The position numbers and the translations under genes were made by a program. From a virus, in UHGV virus genome UHGV-0371278: a stretch of 64,000 nt of DNA. One strand, given 5' to 3'. Below the pieces are notes generated by a model. That model did not search any database. It worked only from the letters and a program-made list of their open reading frames with translations, and was not told the DNA's origin. The number at the start of each line of letters is the position of its first letter. Within the stretch, counting starts at the first letter, position 1. Below, one piece after another: positions 9,301 to 16,963 of the stretch.

Positions 9301-9486
9301 CAGTACGGTAAGAATATCGCCGAAGGTACGCCGACCGGCTCTTGGTTCCTCATCAAAGGATGGAAGCTCAGCGGAATTGATATGTTCATCGTGAAGGCCG
9401 TCAAGCGGATATTGACCGAACGCGAGAAAGCAAAGTTGGCAGCGCAAGCAGAGAAAGATTCCGAAGAGGGGAATGGCGATGAATGA
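6379..9486 (+). CDS. dnaE: DNA polymerase III alpha-like replicative polymerase (DnaE family)
   Basis: ATAATG coupling to exonuclease; degenerate PHP start LRVRSGYSYG; conserved GPARGSSAGSLVCYLLGITEVDP polymerase motif; 1036 aa. Confidence 0.85.
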   Translation: MSFPQLRVRSGYSYGAAYGRFPEIIERAKEIESPFVAIVDDGTWGHVRWEQAATKAELPRGFGMEIPIKCADDGEKELKLKAWALAKDTRKFYRLTSKTVQNQGLSPKEFQDADGIIKFAGEAYAHLDLAGIDYIDINPASMVAAHGAMETARAFGKPVVITSYNDMPSIGHVDFASAWKVRESVGLRHIATEEELWTRLRHIMTREEFDEAVANTHAVVEQLVDVKLAKAPMIHLDGDIVALAREGQAYRLSRGHIKEWTQAYEDRFQEEIKQIQLKDFDSYFLVVADLVAFAKKHMLVGPARGSSAGSLVCYLLGITEVDPLPHRLLFQRFIDISRSDLPDIDIDFADTHRYLVFEYLQQKYGTWNVVKLGNINTLKAASVIAHVGKRFGIPFHDTDNIKNSIIEYTSADERYGKGLEDTFEKTQPGRDFREKYEIASACMGDLEIHPSHSGVHAAGILVCNDEVIDFCTVTSEGVAQLDKPDSEYLNLLKIDALGLRTLGVIQDANCVTAQELYDLPLNDKAVLDVLNEDKMSGIFQFEGQAVRSVANAINITAFENIDHITALARPGPLSSGMATKYIERVAGREPVTYTIPQVEQYLSGTYGVFLYQEQIMSIVKDIGQFDWEQTSAIRKAMSARKGEEFFNKRRELFIEGAKTIGVAPEDAHRVWQEMVTFGAWGFNRSHSVSYAVVTYWTCYMKRYHRLEYAAACLRAAKDDQQTVSILRELAKEGVEYTALDPEHSELNWVVADGRLIGGIMNAKGFGPAKAERFLRLREEVKAARIALANCPISAQDVEDKADDVAALEAQILSAKVSRDKELEKLLKADLKELKAELKELKAQYKELAGSHLKTLQDWEKVAASLSNSEVQFADLNESHTLWGHAYDNPELVGVTSGNPIQNIRDIRDGDDGLVIVKLVKKVLSDENEPIRQKKRADQGKNPVYKGQSQFLDLMCVDDSVDQPIRFRIRPEKYLQYGKNIAEGTPTGSWFLIKGWKLSGIDMFIVKAVKRILTEREKAKLAAQAEKDSEEGNGDE

Positions 9487-9889
9487 TCGCGAAACGAAAG
9501 CCGCGAATGCGTTTAAGCAACGCTCGCTAGGCAGAATCCTGGTCGATTTCCTGGAGACGCGCCGGTCCGGCATGTCCGATTCGATCTGTCTGAATCGTCA
9601 CGGTGTCCAGTTTTGGGTCGAGTTCAAGGCTCTGGAAGCTTGGCCAAAGCGCACCTCTACCTGCCCAATGGCGCGCTGTTTCGAGCCTGGGCAAATCCCT
9701 TTCCTTCGGGAGCGGATCGGCTGGGGTGGTCGAGGCTTCGTCCTGGCAAAAATCGGGACCGATTGGCTGCTTTTAAATCCCATGCTCGATCTGTTCGATC
9801 TTAACAGCCGCGACCTGGTGGAAGTTGCGAGCTATGCAGAAGGACTGGATAACATTGTTCAGTTCCTCGCCGATTTGGAGAACAAATGA
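9479..9889 (+). CDS. putative PD-(D/E)xK nuclease (VRR-NUC-like)
   Basis: D...VEFK motif; position immediately upstream of SNF2 helicase as in many phage replication modules. Confidence 0.4.
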   Translation: MNDRETKAANAFKQRSLGRILVDFLETRRSGMSDSICLNRHGVQFWVEFKALEAWPKRTSTCPMARCFEPGQIPFLRERIGWGGRGFVLAKIGTDWLLLNPMLDLFDLNSRDLVEVASYAEGLDNIVQFLADLENK

Positions 9890-11451
9890 AAGCCAAAACC
9901 TATCCCGTCAAGGGCATGAAGACCGAGGCTATGCAGCACCAGTTCAATGCCCTGGAGGCTTCCCTTAACAAAAGGAATTTCGCATACCTGATGGAGCAAG
10001 GCACCGGGAAGACATGGACTACTTTGGCAGACTCAGTTAGGCTCTTCCTGCAAGGAAGGGTTGACGCGCTGCTCATCGTCGCCCCCAAGGGCGTACACAC
10101 GAACTGGATTCTGCGCGAGATTCCCACCCACGTTGCTATCAAGACTCTGTGCGTGGATTGGCGCGGCCGACCGACTTCCAAAAAGGCCAGGGCGCGTCTG
10201 GATCGTCTGTATGCCGAGACATTCGCTGATGAAAAAGTTCTTCGGGTCTTTGCCATAAACGTCGATGCCATCAACCACCAGGCTGGCTATGATGAGGTCG
10301 AGCGATTCCTTGATACATTCAAAGTTTGCGCAATTGTGGACGAGTCAACGAGGATCAAAAACCCACAAGCCAAGCGTGCGAAAAAGATCGTAAAGCTGGG
10401 CGAGAAGGCCGTGGCCCGTCGCATCCTTTCCGGAACTCCTCTGACGCGGGCACCGACCGATTTGTTCATGCAGTTCCAATTCTTGCGGAATGGAATTCTG
10501 GGGACTAAATCCTATCGGGCGTTTGTGGCCGAATTTTCCGTTCTGGTTCCCAGCGACGATCCGCGAATGGTCGCCATCATGCGCAAATTGGATGGGAAGA
10601 GTACAGTCCCCCCTCAGCTCGTCGAGAAAGACGATCTTGGACGACCAGTATTCCGAAATCTCGACAAACTGCGGTCCCTGATCGAGCCACACAGCTTCCG
10701 GGTCACGAAGAAAGAGGCATTACCATTCCTGCCAGAAAAGGTTTACAAGCGCATATATTTCGAAATGTCGCCTGAGCAAAGGAAGGTTTATCAGCGAGTG
10801 GAAGAAGACTACCACTTCGTTCTCAAGAACGAAGACTTCATGCTGGACGTATCTTTCGATGCTGCGGCAGCGCGTTCGAAGCTCAAGCAAGTTGCATCCG
10901 GCTATATCAACGTCTATGGCGAGCCGGTGATCCTGCCGCCCGAAGACAACCCGCGATTCGCCGTGTTTACTGATCTTCTGGAGGGTCTGCTGGAGGAAGA
11001 CCAGGAGCGCTCCATCATCATCTGGGCCATGCGCATTCAGGAAATCGACCAGATCAAGGCGTATCTGGAGGCCAAAGGAATTTCGTTTGGAGCCTATTAT
11101 GGCGAGACCAAAGAGGCCGAGCGGGAAAAATTGATCGACGATTTCCAGGCCAAGCGCGTCCAGGTGTTCCTGGGCAACCCGGCCGCTGCTGGGATCGGAA
11201 TCACGCTCACTGCCGCAGACGTGGCAATTTACTACACGACCGACGAAGACAACGAGTTGCGGATGCAGTCCGAAGACAGAAACCATCGCATCGGGACCAT
11301 CAACTCTGTCCTGTACTTCGACCTCATCTGTCTGGACTCCATCGACGAGAAAATCCAGGTTAGCTTGGAGTGGAAGCGCAATCTTGCGAGTTATGTCGTC
11401 GATGGAGTGTTCGAGGCTGACGTTAGCACTCGCGACGAATTTAATATGTAA
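9886..11451 (+). CDS. SNF2-family helicase
   Basis: motif I EQGTGKTW, motif II IVDESTRIKN, C-terminal helicase domain with GNPAAAGIGITL. Confidence 0.85.
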   Translation: MKAKTYPVKGMKTEAMQHQFNALEASLNKRNFAYLMEQGTGKTWTTLADSVRLFLQGRVDALLIVAPKGVHTNWILREIPTHVAIKTLCVDWRGRPTSKKARARLDRLYAETFADEKVLRVFAINVDAINHQAGYDEVERFLDTFKVCAIVDESTRIKNPQAKRAKKIVKLGEKAVARRILSGTPLTRAPTDLFMQFQFLRNGILGTKSYRAFVAEFSVLVPSDDPRMVAIMRKLDGKSTVPPQLVEKDDLGRPVFRNLDKLRSLIEPHSFRVTKKEALPFLPEKVYKRIYFEMSPEQRKVYQRVEEDYHFVLKNEDFMLDVSFDAAAARSKLKQVASGYINVYGEPVILPPEDNPRFAVFTDLLEGLLEEDQERSIIIWAMRIQEIDQIKAYLEAKGISFGAYYGETKEAEREKLIDDFQAKRVQVFLGNPAAAGIGITLTAADVAIYYTTDEDNELRMQSEDRNHRIGTINSVLYFDLICLDSIDEKIQVSLEWKRNLASYVVDGVFEADVSTRDEFNM

Positions 11452-11538
11452 ATCAGTAGCCGTATCAAGGAAGATGCGGCATAATATCTACTCAATACTT
11501 AGTTCAAGTAAGGGAACATCACTAAGTTGGAGGCTGAC

Positions 11539-12159
11539 ATGAGCGAGCAAGAATTGGAAGTTCCGGAGTATCTGAAGGACAATGCGCCGGGCGAAATTGA
11601 CTATTTCGGCGTCATGGATGAAATGGCAGTCGAAGCTACCGACATTGGCCATCGACTGCTGAACTTGGTGGACAAGGCGTCTCAGCTGGACGGCGAAATC
11701 CTCGATTTACAAAAGGCGCTGGCCGAAAAAGAGGAAGAGCTGAAGACCCTCAAGCGCAACACCATTCCTGAGCTTCTGGAGGAACTCGGCCAGAAGACCA
11801 CGACTCTGGCTGATGGCCGCACGGTAAAAGTCGAGCCGAAAGCCATCATTTCCGTCAAGGAAGAGAACAAGTCGAAGTTCTGGAAGTGGCTGGAAGACAC
11901 AGACAACGACGGCATCATCAAGACCAAAGTTCTGGCAGAATTCGGTCGCGGAGAAATGGAAGATGCGAAGAAGGCGGCCGAAGCGATCATCGAAGCCGGC
12001 TATGACGCCACCATCAACCGCGATGTTCACTACCAGACCCTCCAGGCGTTCGGTCGCGAGTACCTGGAGAAGGGCGAAGAGTTGCCAGATTTCATCGGCG
12101 TGCACGAATACAAAGAGGCCAAAATCACGAAACCGAAGGTGAAAAAGAGCAAATCTTAA
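11539..12159 (+). CDS. hypothetical coiled-coil protein (architecture loosely Gam-like)
   Basis: GGAGG 5 nt upstream of ATG 11539; N-terminal coiled coil EILDLQKALAEKEEELKTLK. Confidence 0.5.
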   Translation: MSEQELEVPEYLKDNAPGEIDYFGVMDEMAVEATDIGHRLLNLVDKASQLDGEILDLQKALAEKEEELKTLKRNTIPELLEELGQKTTTLADGRTVKVEPKAIISVKEENKSKFWKWLEDTDNDGIIKTKVLAEFGRGEMEDAKKAAEAIIEAGYDATINRDVHYQTLQAFGREYLEKGEELPDFIGVHEYKEAKITKPKVKKSKS

Positions 12160-12168
12160 TATGTAATT

Positions 12169-12202
12169 TGCTTTACTTAGTTGCAACTTCCGTTATTATA
12201 AA
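12169..12202 (+). promoter_or_regulatory. early promoter of the TGCTTTACTT family
   Basis: TTTGCTTTACTT then TATTAT/TTATAA 16-17 nt downstream. Confidence 0.35.
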
Positions 12203-12247
12203 CCCACAGTTAGCGATAACTGAAATTCGACAAACAAGGAGCCTAAC

Positions 12248-13147
12248 ATGGCTGGTAAGAAAACCGAAACTTCCGAAGCAACCGAAGAAACCAAGGCCGT
12301 AGCAGTTGCCACCGGTGGCGGCGCCGTCGCGACTACCGAAGTTCCCGACTTCATGGATTTGGGATCGTATGACGGCGCAGGCTTCGAAGGCGCCGATGCC
12401 GAGTCCTATGCCATCCCCTTCATCCAGGTTTTGCAGAAGATGTCTCCCCAGGTCGATGAAGATGACCCGAAGTACATCGAAGGCGCGAAGGCCGGCATGT
12501 TCCTGAACACAGTCACCGGCAAGGTTTACGACGGCAAGACCGGCCTGCTGATCATTCCGGCCGCGTACCGCCGCGAGTTCATCCGCTGGGCCGGTCGCGA
12601 GGCCGAGGGCGGTTTCAAGGGTGCCATCAGCGTCGAAGACTTCAAGGAAATGATGAAAGACCCGACCAAGGTGAAGGAAGTCGAAGGACGCCTGTACGCG
12701 CCGAACGAAGACGGTTCGGTCAGCGACAAGAAGTCTGACTACTTCGCCGACACCCGTGGTCATTACGTCATCGTCATCGATCCTGACACCGGCGATTTCG
12801 GCCAGGCTCTGATCTCCCTGTCGTCTTCGCAGATCAAGGCCTCGAAGAAGCTCATGACCGCGCTGTCCCAGAAAAAGGTTCAGACCCCGCAGGGCCTGCG
12901 CACCCCGCCGACTTTCGCCAACCTGGTCCGTATGACCACCGTAGGCATGTCGAACGACAAGGGCAGCTGGTCCGGCGTCCAGTTCGAGCTGGAAGGCCTG
13001 GTGAAGAACCCGGATCACTTCAAGGCTGCGGCCGACCTGTACAAGTCGTTCGTCGGCGGCGAGGTGAAGGTGGACTACAGCAAGCAGGAACAGCCTCGCA
13101 GTGACGCCGGTGGCGTCGGCGATGCGACCGAAGCCGAAGAGTTCTAA
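12248..13147 (+). CDS. hypothetical protein, possible ssDNA-binding protein (acidic C-terminal tail ending in Phe)
   Basis: Gly-rich linker then ...DATEAEEF C-terminus resembling SSB / T7 gp2.5 tails; RBS AAGGAG. Confidence 0.35.
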   Translation: MAGKKTETSEATEETKAVAVATGGGAVATTEVPDFMDLGSYDGAGFEGADAESYAIPFIQVLQKMSPQVDEDDPKYIEGAKAGMFLNTVTGKVYDGKTGLLIIPAAYRREFIRWAGREAEGGFKGAISVEDFKEMMKDPTKVKEVEGRLYAPNEDGSVSDKKSDYFADTRGHYVIVIDPDTGDFGQALISLSSSQIKASKKLMTALSQKKVQTPQGLRTPPTFANLVRMTTVGMSNDKGSWSGVQFELEGLVKNPDHFKAAADLYKSFVGGEVKVDYSKQEQPRSDAGGVGDATEAEEF

Positions 13148-13161
13148 ATCACCGGCCGGAT

Positions 13162-13189
13162 AAAGGCGCTGTAATGGCGCCTTTCTTTT
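13162..13189 (+). terminator. rho-independent terminator
   Basis: AAAGGCGC-TGTAATG-GCGCCTTT then CTTTTG. Confidence 0.55.
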
Positions 13190-13200
13190 GAGGAGTCAAA

Positions 13201-13640
13201 ATGGACTGGAAAGACATAGGTAGTAAGATCGGCGCGGCTGCCCCGGCTCTGGGGTCGCTCCTGGGTGGGCCTGCAGGCGCCGCCGTTGGCGCTATCGTCG
13301 CGACGGCGCTGGGGTCGAAGGCCGACCCAGCCTCGGTCGCTAGCGCTCTAGACGCGAATCCGGAAGCTCTAGCGCGTCTCGCCGAACTCCAGAGCGCCGA
13401 GCGCGTTCGTCTCCAGGAGCTTGCGATTCAAGCCGAACAAAATCGCCTTCAGTCTGAGCAGAACCAGCTCCATGCCGAGCTTAGCCAGTTCGCCGCAGAG
13501 GCGGCCGACAGGGATTCTGCGAGGAGGCTTGCGGCGGCGCAGCAGAACGATTTCGTTCGCCCGGCGATCAAATTCGCTCTTCTGACAGGCTCCATTCTCA
13601 TCATCATCGCAATCTTCACATTCGGCCTGCGAGGCTCTGA
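13201..13640 (+). CDS. membrane protein with Gly-zipper N-terminal TM, coiled coil and C-terminal TM; reading frame lacks its own stop (runs into downstream gene)
   Basis: frame 1 protein-like to ~13625 then H/R-rich junk; frame 3 TGA at 13638 overlaps ATG 13640 (TGATG). Confidence 0.4.
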
Positions 13641-13810
13641 TGGACCCGACATCCTCGGTCGCCATCGGCACCATCATCGGCTATTGGTTCGCCGAGCTGA
13701 AGTCGGTAATGGCCTTCTACTTCGGCACAACCAAGGATGGATCGCGCCAGAGCACGGCGTCCATAATCAACGCAGTCAAATCCCAAATCCAAAAGGAATC
13801 GAAAGAATGA
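13640..13810 (+). CDS. small membrane protein (56 aa)
   Basis: MDPTSSVAIGTIIGYWF... TM helix; stop overlaps MazG-like start (ATGA). Confidence 0.4.
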   Translation: MDPTSSVAIGTIIGYWFAELKSVMAFYFGTTKDGSRQSTASIINAVKSQIQKESKE

Positions 13811-14361
13811 ATATCGAACAAATCATGAGTCGCGAACTTCACGACCTGGTTGTTAAATGGGGTTCCGACCGGAACCTGATCAAAGGCTCTTCGGCCAAGG
13901 ATCAATTCCTGAAGTTGGTCGAAGAGTTCGCAGAAGTTTGCGAAGCCTGGGTTTATAACAAACCAGTCGAGGTGAAAGACGGCATCGGCGACGTAATGGT
14001 GGTTGCCACGATCATGGCCGCGCAACTCGGTGAAAATCTGTTCGATCATCTATCGGTCTTCAGCGAGACTGTCGAAGTTCATCCCACCTACGGCGACGAT
14101 TTGCAGCACCTCGGACATCTGGCCGGCGCGCTGGCACGCGGAAATCATGGATTAGCCATCAAGAGCCTGGTCTTGGCCGTCATGACTCTGTTCGATGTGA
14201 CGGAAGAGCACGACACTACCATGCTCGCCTGCTACGCTGCGGCCTACGACACCATCAAGGATCGCAAAGGCGTCATGTACGACGGCGTGTTCATCAAGGA
14301 GTCGGACGAGCGCTATGCGTCGATCATGGCCGAACTGAACCACGCCAACGAAACCATCTGA
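13807..14361 (+). CDS. MazG-like nucleoside triphosphate pyrophosphohydrolase
   Basis: KLVEEFAEVCEA ... DGIGDVMVVATIMAAQLG all-alpha NTP-PPase motifs; RBS AAGGAA. Confidence 0.6.
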   Translation: MNIEQIMSRELHDLVVKWGSDRNLIKGSSAKDQFLKLVEEFAEVCEAWVYNKPVEVKDGIGDVMVVATIMAAQLGENLFDHLSVFSETVEVHPTYGDDLQHLGHLAGALARGNHGLAIKSLVLAVMTLFDVTEEHDTTMLACYAAAYDTIKDRKGVMYDGVFIKESDERYASIMAELNHANETI

Positions 14362-14415
14362 GCCGGCTTACCGCCATTTAGCCCGGTTCGCCGGGCTTCT
14401 TTTCTGGAGAACTGT

Positions 14416-15327
14416 ATGAAACCCATGCTCGCATCGAATTTTGACCCGAAGCTGCTGGAAGGCCAACTGCCGATGTATTTCTCGCCGAAGATCGATGGAT
14501 TTCGCTGCTTCGTATTCGAAGGTGAGGCGCTGACTCGTCAACTCAAGCGGCAGAACAATCAATCGATCTACGAATACCTCAGCGATAAACTGTTCAACGG
14601 CCTGGACGGCGAGCTGGTCTGCGGCGACATCAGCGACCCGAAAGTTTTCCAGAAGTCGTCCGGCGATCTTCGCCGCCACAGCGGTGAGCCGGACTGGTCT
14701 TTCCATGTGTTCGATGATTTCACCGATCCTCGCGCACCGACCGAAGATCGCCTAGCCAGGGCGGCCGAGCGCGTGAACTTCCTTCGTCACTGCCTCGGCT
14801 ATGAGAGGATTCACCTGGTCGAGCAGGAACTGGTGACTTCCATCGAACAGTTCAGCGAAGTCGAGCGCCGCCACACAATGCTGGGATTCGAAGGTTCCAT
14901 GGGCAAGCGCGCTGATGGACTGTACAAGTTCGGTCGCTCGACTGCCAAGGAAGGGCACTGTGTGAAAGTCAAGCGATACGACTACGATGAAGCTGAGATC
15001 ATCGACGTGGAAGAGTTGATGCACAACAACAATGAAGCTTTCATCAATGAACTTGGCCACACGGCCCGCTCCAGCCACGCAGAAAACCTGTCGCCGTCCG
15101 GAATGGTCGGTGCGTTCGTCTGCCGCAACGAACGTCTGTGGCCTGGAGTCACCTTCAACGTGTCGGCCTCCAGCCTGACCCACGATGAGAAACAGCGCCG
15201 CTGGAATGACAGGGAGTATCTCAAGGGCCAGGTCATCCGGTTCAAGCACTTCTCCCATGGCGCCAAGGACAAGCCGAGGCACGCCGTCTTCGACTGCTGG
15301 TTGGACGGATGGGGCGCGAGCCACTGA
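14416..15327 (+). CDS. ATP-dependent DNA ligase
   Basis: nucleotidyltransferase motif I KIDGFR, motif III DGELV, motif IV EGSMGK, motif V VKVKRY. Confidence 0.85.
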   Translation: MKPMLASNFDPKLLEGQLPMYFSPKIDGFRCFVFEGEALTRQLKRQNNQSIYEYLSDKLFNGLDGELVCGDISDPKVFQKSSGDLRRHSGEPDWSFHVFDDFTDPRAPTEDRLARAAERVNFLRHCLGYERIHLVEQELVTSIEQFSEVERRHTMLGFEGSMGKRADGLYKFGRSTAKEGHCVKVKRYDYDEAEIIDVEELMHNNNEAFINELGHTARSSHAENLSPSGMVGAFVCRNERLWPGVTFNVSASSLTHDEKQRRWNDREYLKGQVIRFKHFSHGAKDKPRHAVFDCWLDGWGASH

Positions 15328-15335
15328 TTCTAGCG

Positions 15336-15403
15336 GACACTAGATCGAAATAAACCCGGACGCCTTATCCTAAAGGCGTCCGGGTTTATTTCGATCTAGT
15401 GTC
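15336..15403. terminator. bidirectional terminator: 31-bp perfect inverted repeat with 6-nt loop
   Basis: GACACTAGATCGAAATAAACCCGGACGCCTT-ATCCTA-AAGGCGTCCGGGTTTATTTCGATCTAGTGTC between convergent ligase gene and the leftward lysis/tail operon. Confidence 0.7.
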
Positions 15404-15605
15404 GACAAATTAAGCCTTAGACCGGACTCGGCCGCCAGAGTTCCTTGGCCAGAAAGAAGGCGATTTAATATCGCGGTGCGTATCGTTAAACAGTTAAGCG
15501 CGAGCATTTTCGTCGAGTTATAATAACACCCGACCCTTCCGATTAACACAGCGCATCCCAAGCCATTATCGGGGTGAGGAGAAGACCGCAAACAGAGGAC
15601 TAAAC

Positions 15606-15857
15606 ATGAAACGCAAAGAGCATCGCAAGCGCTTTCGGCCAAGAATAAGCCCAAGACTCCGGGAAGAGTTGATATCCGTTCTGACAAAGATCATAGGCGA
15701 GACAGTCAAGGACAAGGTGGTAAGAGCGCTGTTAATCGGCGTTCTGAGTTCGCTAGGGAACTATGTGGACTCGGTCACCCAGGAAGAGTCTGCCGCGCCT
15801 ATTGAAGGCAGGACGATTGAAGAGGCAAAGCCGGAAAGCAAAAAGGCCGCTGAATAA
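15606..15857 (+). CDS. hypothetical basic protein
   Basis: RBS AACAGAGGA; TTATAAT -10-like box upstream. Confidence 0.5.
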   Translation: MKRKEHRKRFRPRISPRLREELISVLTKIIGETVKDKVVRALLIGVLSSLGNYVDSVTQEESAAPIEGRTIEEAKPESKKAAE

Positions 15858-15872
15858 GCGGCCTTTTCTTTT
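15841..15872. terminator. bidirectional rho-independent terminator
   Basis: AAAAGGCCGC-TGAATAA-GCGGCCTTTT flanked by A and T runs, between convergent genes. Confidence 0.7.
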
Positions 15873-15880
15873 AGGGAAGA

Positions 15881-16543
15881 TCAGGAGCCTTGACTGATAG
15901 CGGCGATGGTCTTCGTATAGCGGTTTATCCGGAGCTGACCGTGGTTCGCATCGTTCGGCGCGGCGCCGTTGATGGTCTTCACTACCATGGAGAAGTTGTT
16001 GGATTCCGCCATGGGGATACAGCGATTGCGCCAGAAGAACCAGGCAGAAGACATCGACGCGCCGGCCGGAGTTTCCAGAAGCTCCGGTTTCTCCAGAACG
16101 TCCATGCCGGAGTCTTCGGCGAACAGGGCATAGTTCGATTTTCCGGTCAGCTGGATCAGGCCGCGACCGCGATACTTCCAGCCGTCCCCGTCCTGCTCGC
16201 AGCCATTACCCATGCGGTCAGCGTACACGTTGTTGGCGATGGCGACCGGATTGCGAGCTAGGCGGTTCGCCAGAGCATTCGGGACATACGGGCGGACTCG
16301 CGGGTCTACTGCGTACCGGCGAGGCCAGGTGTTGGCCAGTCCTTGGGCGCTGTAGTTGAGATTTTCCACCAGACTCACCAGCCCACTGGATTCGACACCG
16401 ATGTTGGCGAGGTAAGCCGCGATGGCTCGCGGCGACTCGATCTGGAATTTATCCATGGCCGCCTGGATGTCATCCAGCCACTTGATCGCCCGATCCGTGG
16501 TGCATCCGGTTCCTGTGATCAAAATATCCTTCGTTATTTTCAT
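15881..16543 (-). CDS. endolysin, glycoside hydrolase family 19
   Basis: AAYLANIGVESSG ... YRGRGLIQLTGKSNY GH19 motifs. Confidence 0.85.
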   Translation of the reverse strand: MKITKDILITGTGCTTDRAIKWLDDIQAAMDKFQIESPRAIAAYLANIGVESSGLVSLVENLNYSAQGLANTWPRRYAVDPRVRPYVPNALANRLARNPVAIANNVYADRMGNGCEQDGDGWKYRGRGLIQLTGKSNYALFAEDSGMDVLEKPELLETPAGASMSSAWFFWRNRCIPMAESNNFSMVVKTINGAAPNDANHGQLRINRYTKTIAAISQGS

Positions 16544-16962
16544 CAGTACTCCTGATTTTTGAACATTGTTTTCAAAGCCATGGGAAGTCGCGGCCGATCC
16601 CCGCTATTCCAATCGCGAATCTGCTGCCTCCAGTAAACAAGGGCTGCGATCAGCCCAGGTCCATCCGTGGGTTCGATACCCAGCCGCCTCTGCTCGTCGT
16701 GACGATCTATGGGCCAGCGGGTATCACGAAGGATAGCCCGCTTTTCCCTGGCCCGTATAGCGTCCTGCTCCCGCTTCGCATCGACCGGGGCGATAGGTCC
16801 GTGCGCCCCGGATAGGATCGCAGCGTGGATGGCCCTTCCGTGGGCCTCCACGTCGTGCGGATTGGCGGTGAAAGGAACTTCCCCGATCCCATCGAAAGTC
16901 ACCATGGCGTGGATGTTTGTTTCATCCAGCCAACGAGGGTTTCTGATCCGCGTCCATTTCAT
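16543..16962 (-). CDS. tail fibre assembly chaperone
   Basis: immediately downstream of the tail fibre gene; C-terminal WRQQIRDWNSGDRPRLP resembles the Tfa family; TGATG coupling to endolysin. Confidence 0.55.
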   Translation of the reverse strand: MKWTRIRNPRWLDETNIHAMVTFDGIGEVPFTANPHDVEAHGRAIHAAILSGAHGPIAPVDAKREQDAIRAREKRAILRDTRWPIDRHDEQRRLGIEPTDGPGLIAALVYWRQQIRDWNSGDRPRLPMALKTMFKNQEY

Positions 16963-16963
16963 T

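Noticed and set aside
15370-15687. 105-aa minus ORF over the intergenic/promoter region
   Set aside because: Crosses the 31-bp palindrome terminator and an AT-rich promoter region; Cys/Leu-rich; overlaps the better-supported + gene 15606..15857
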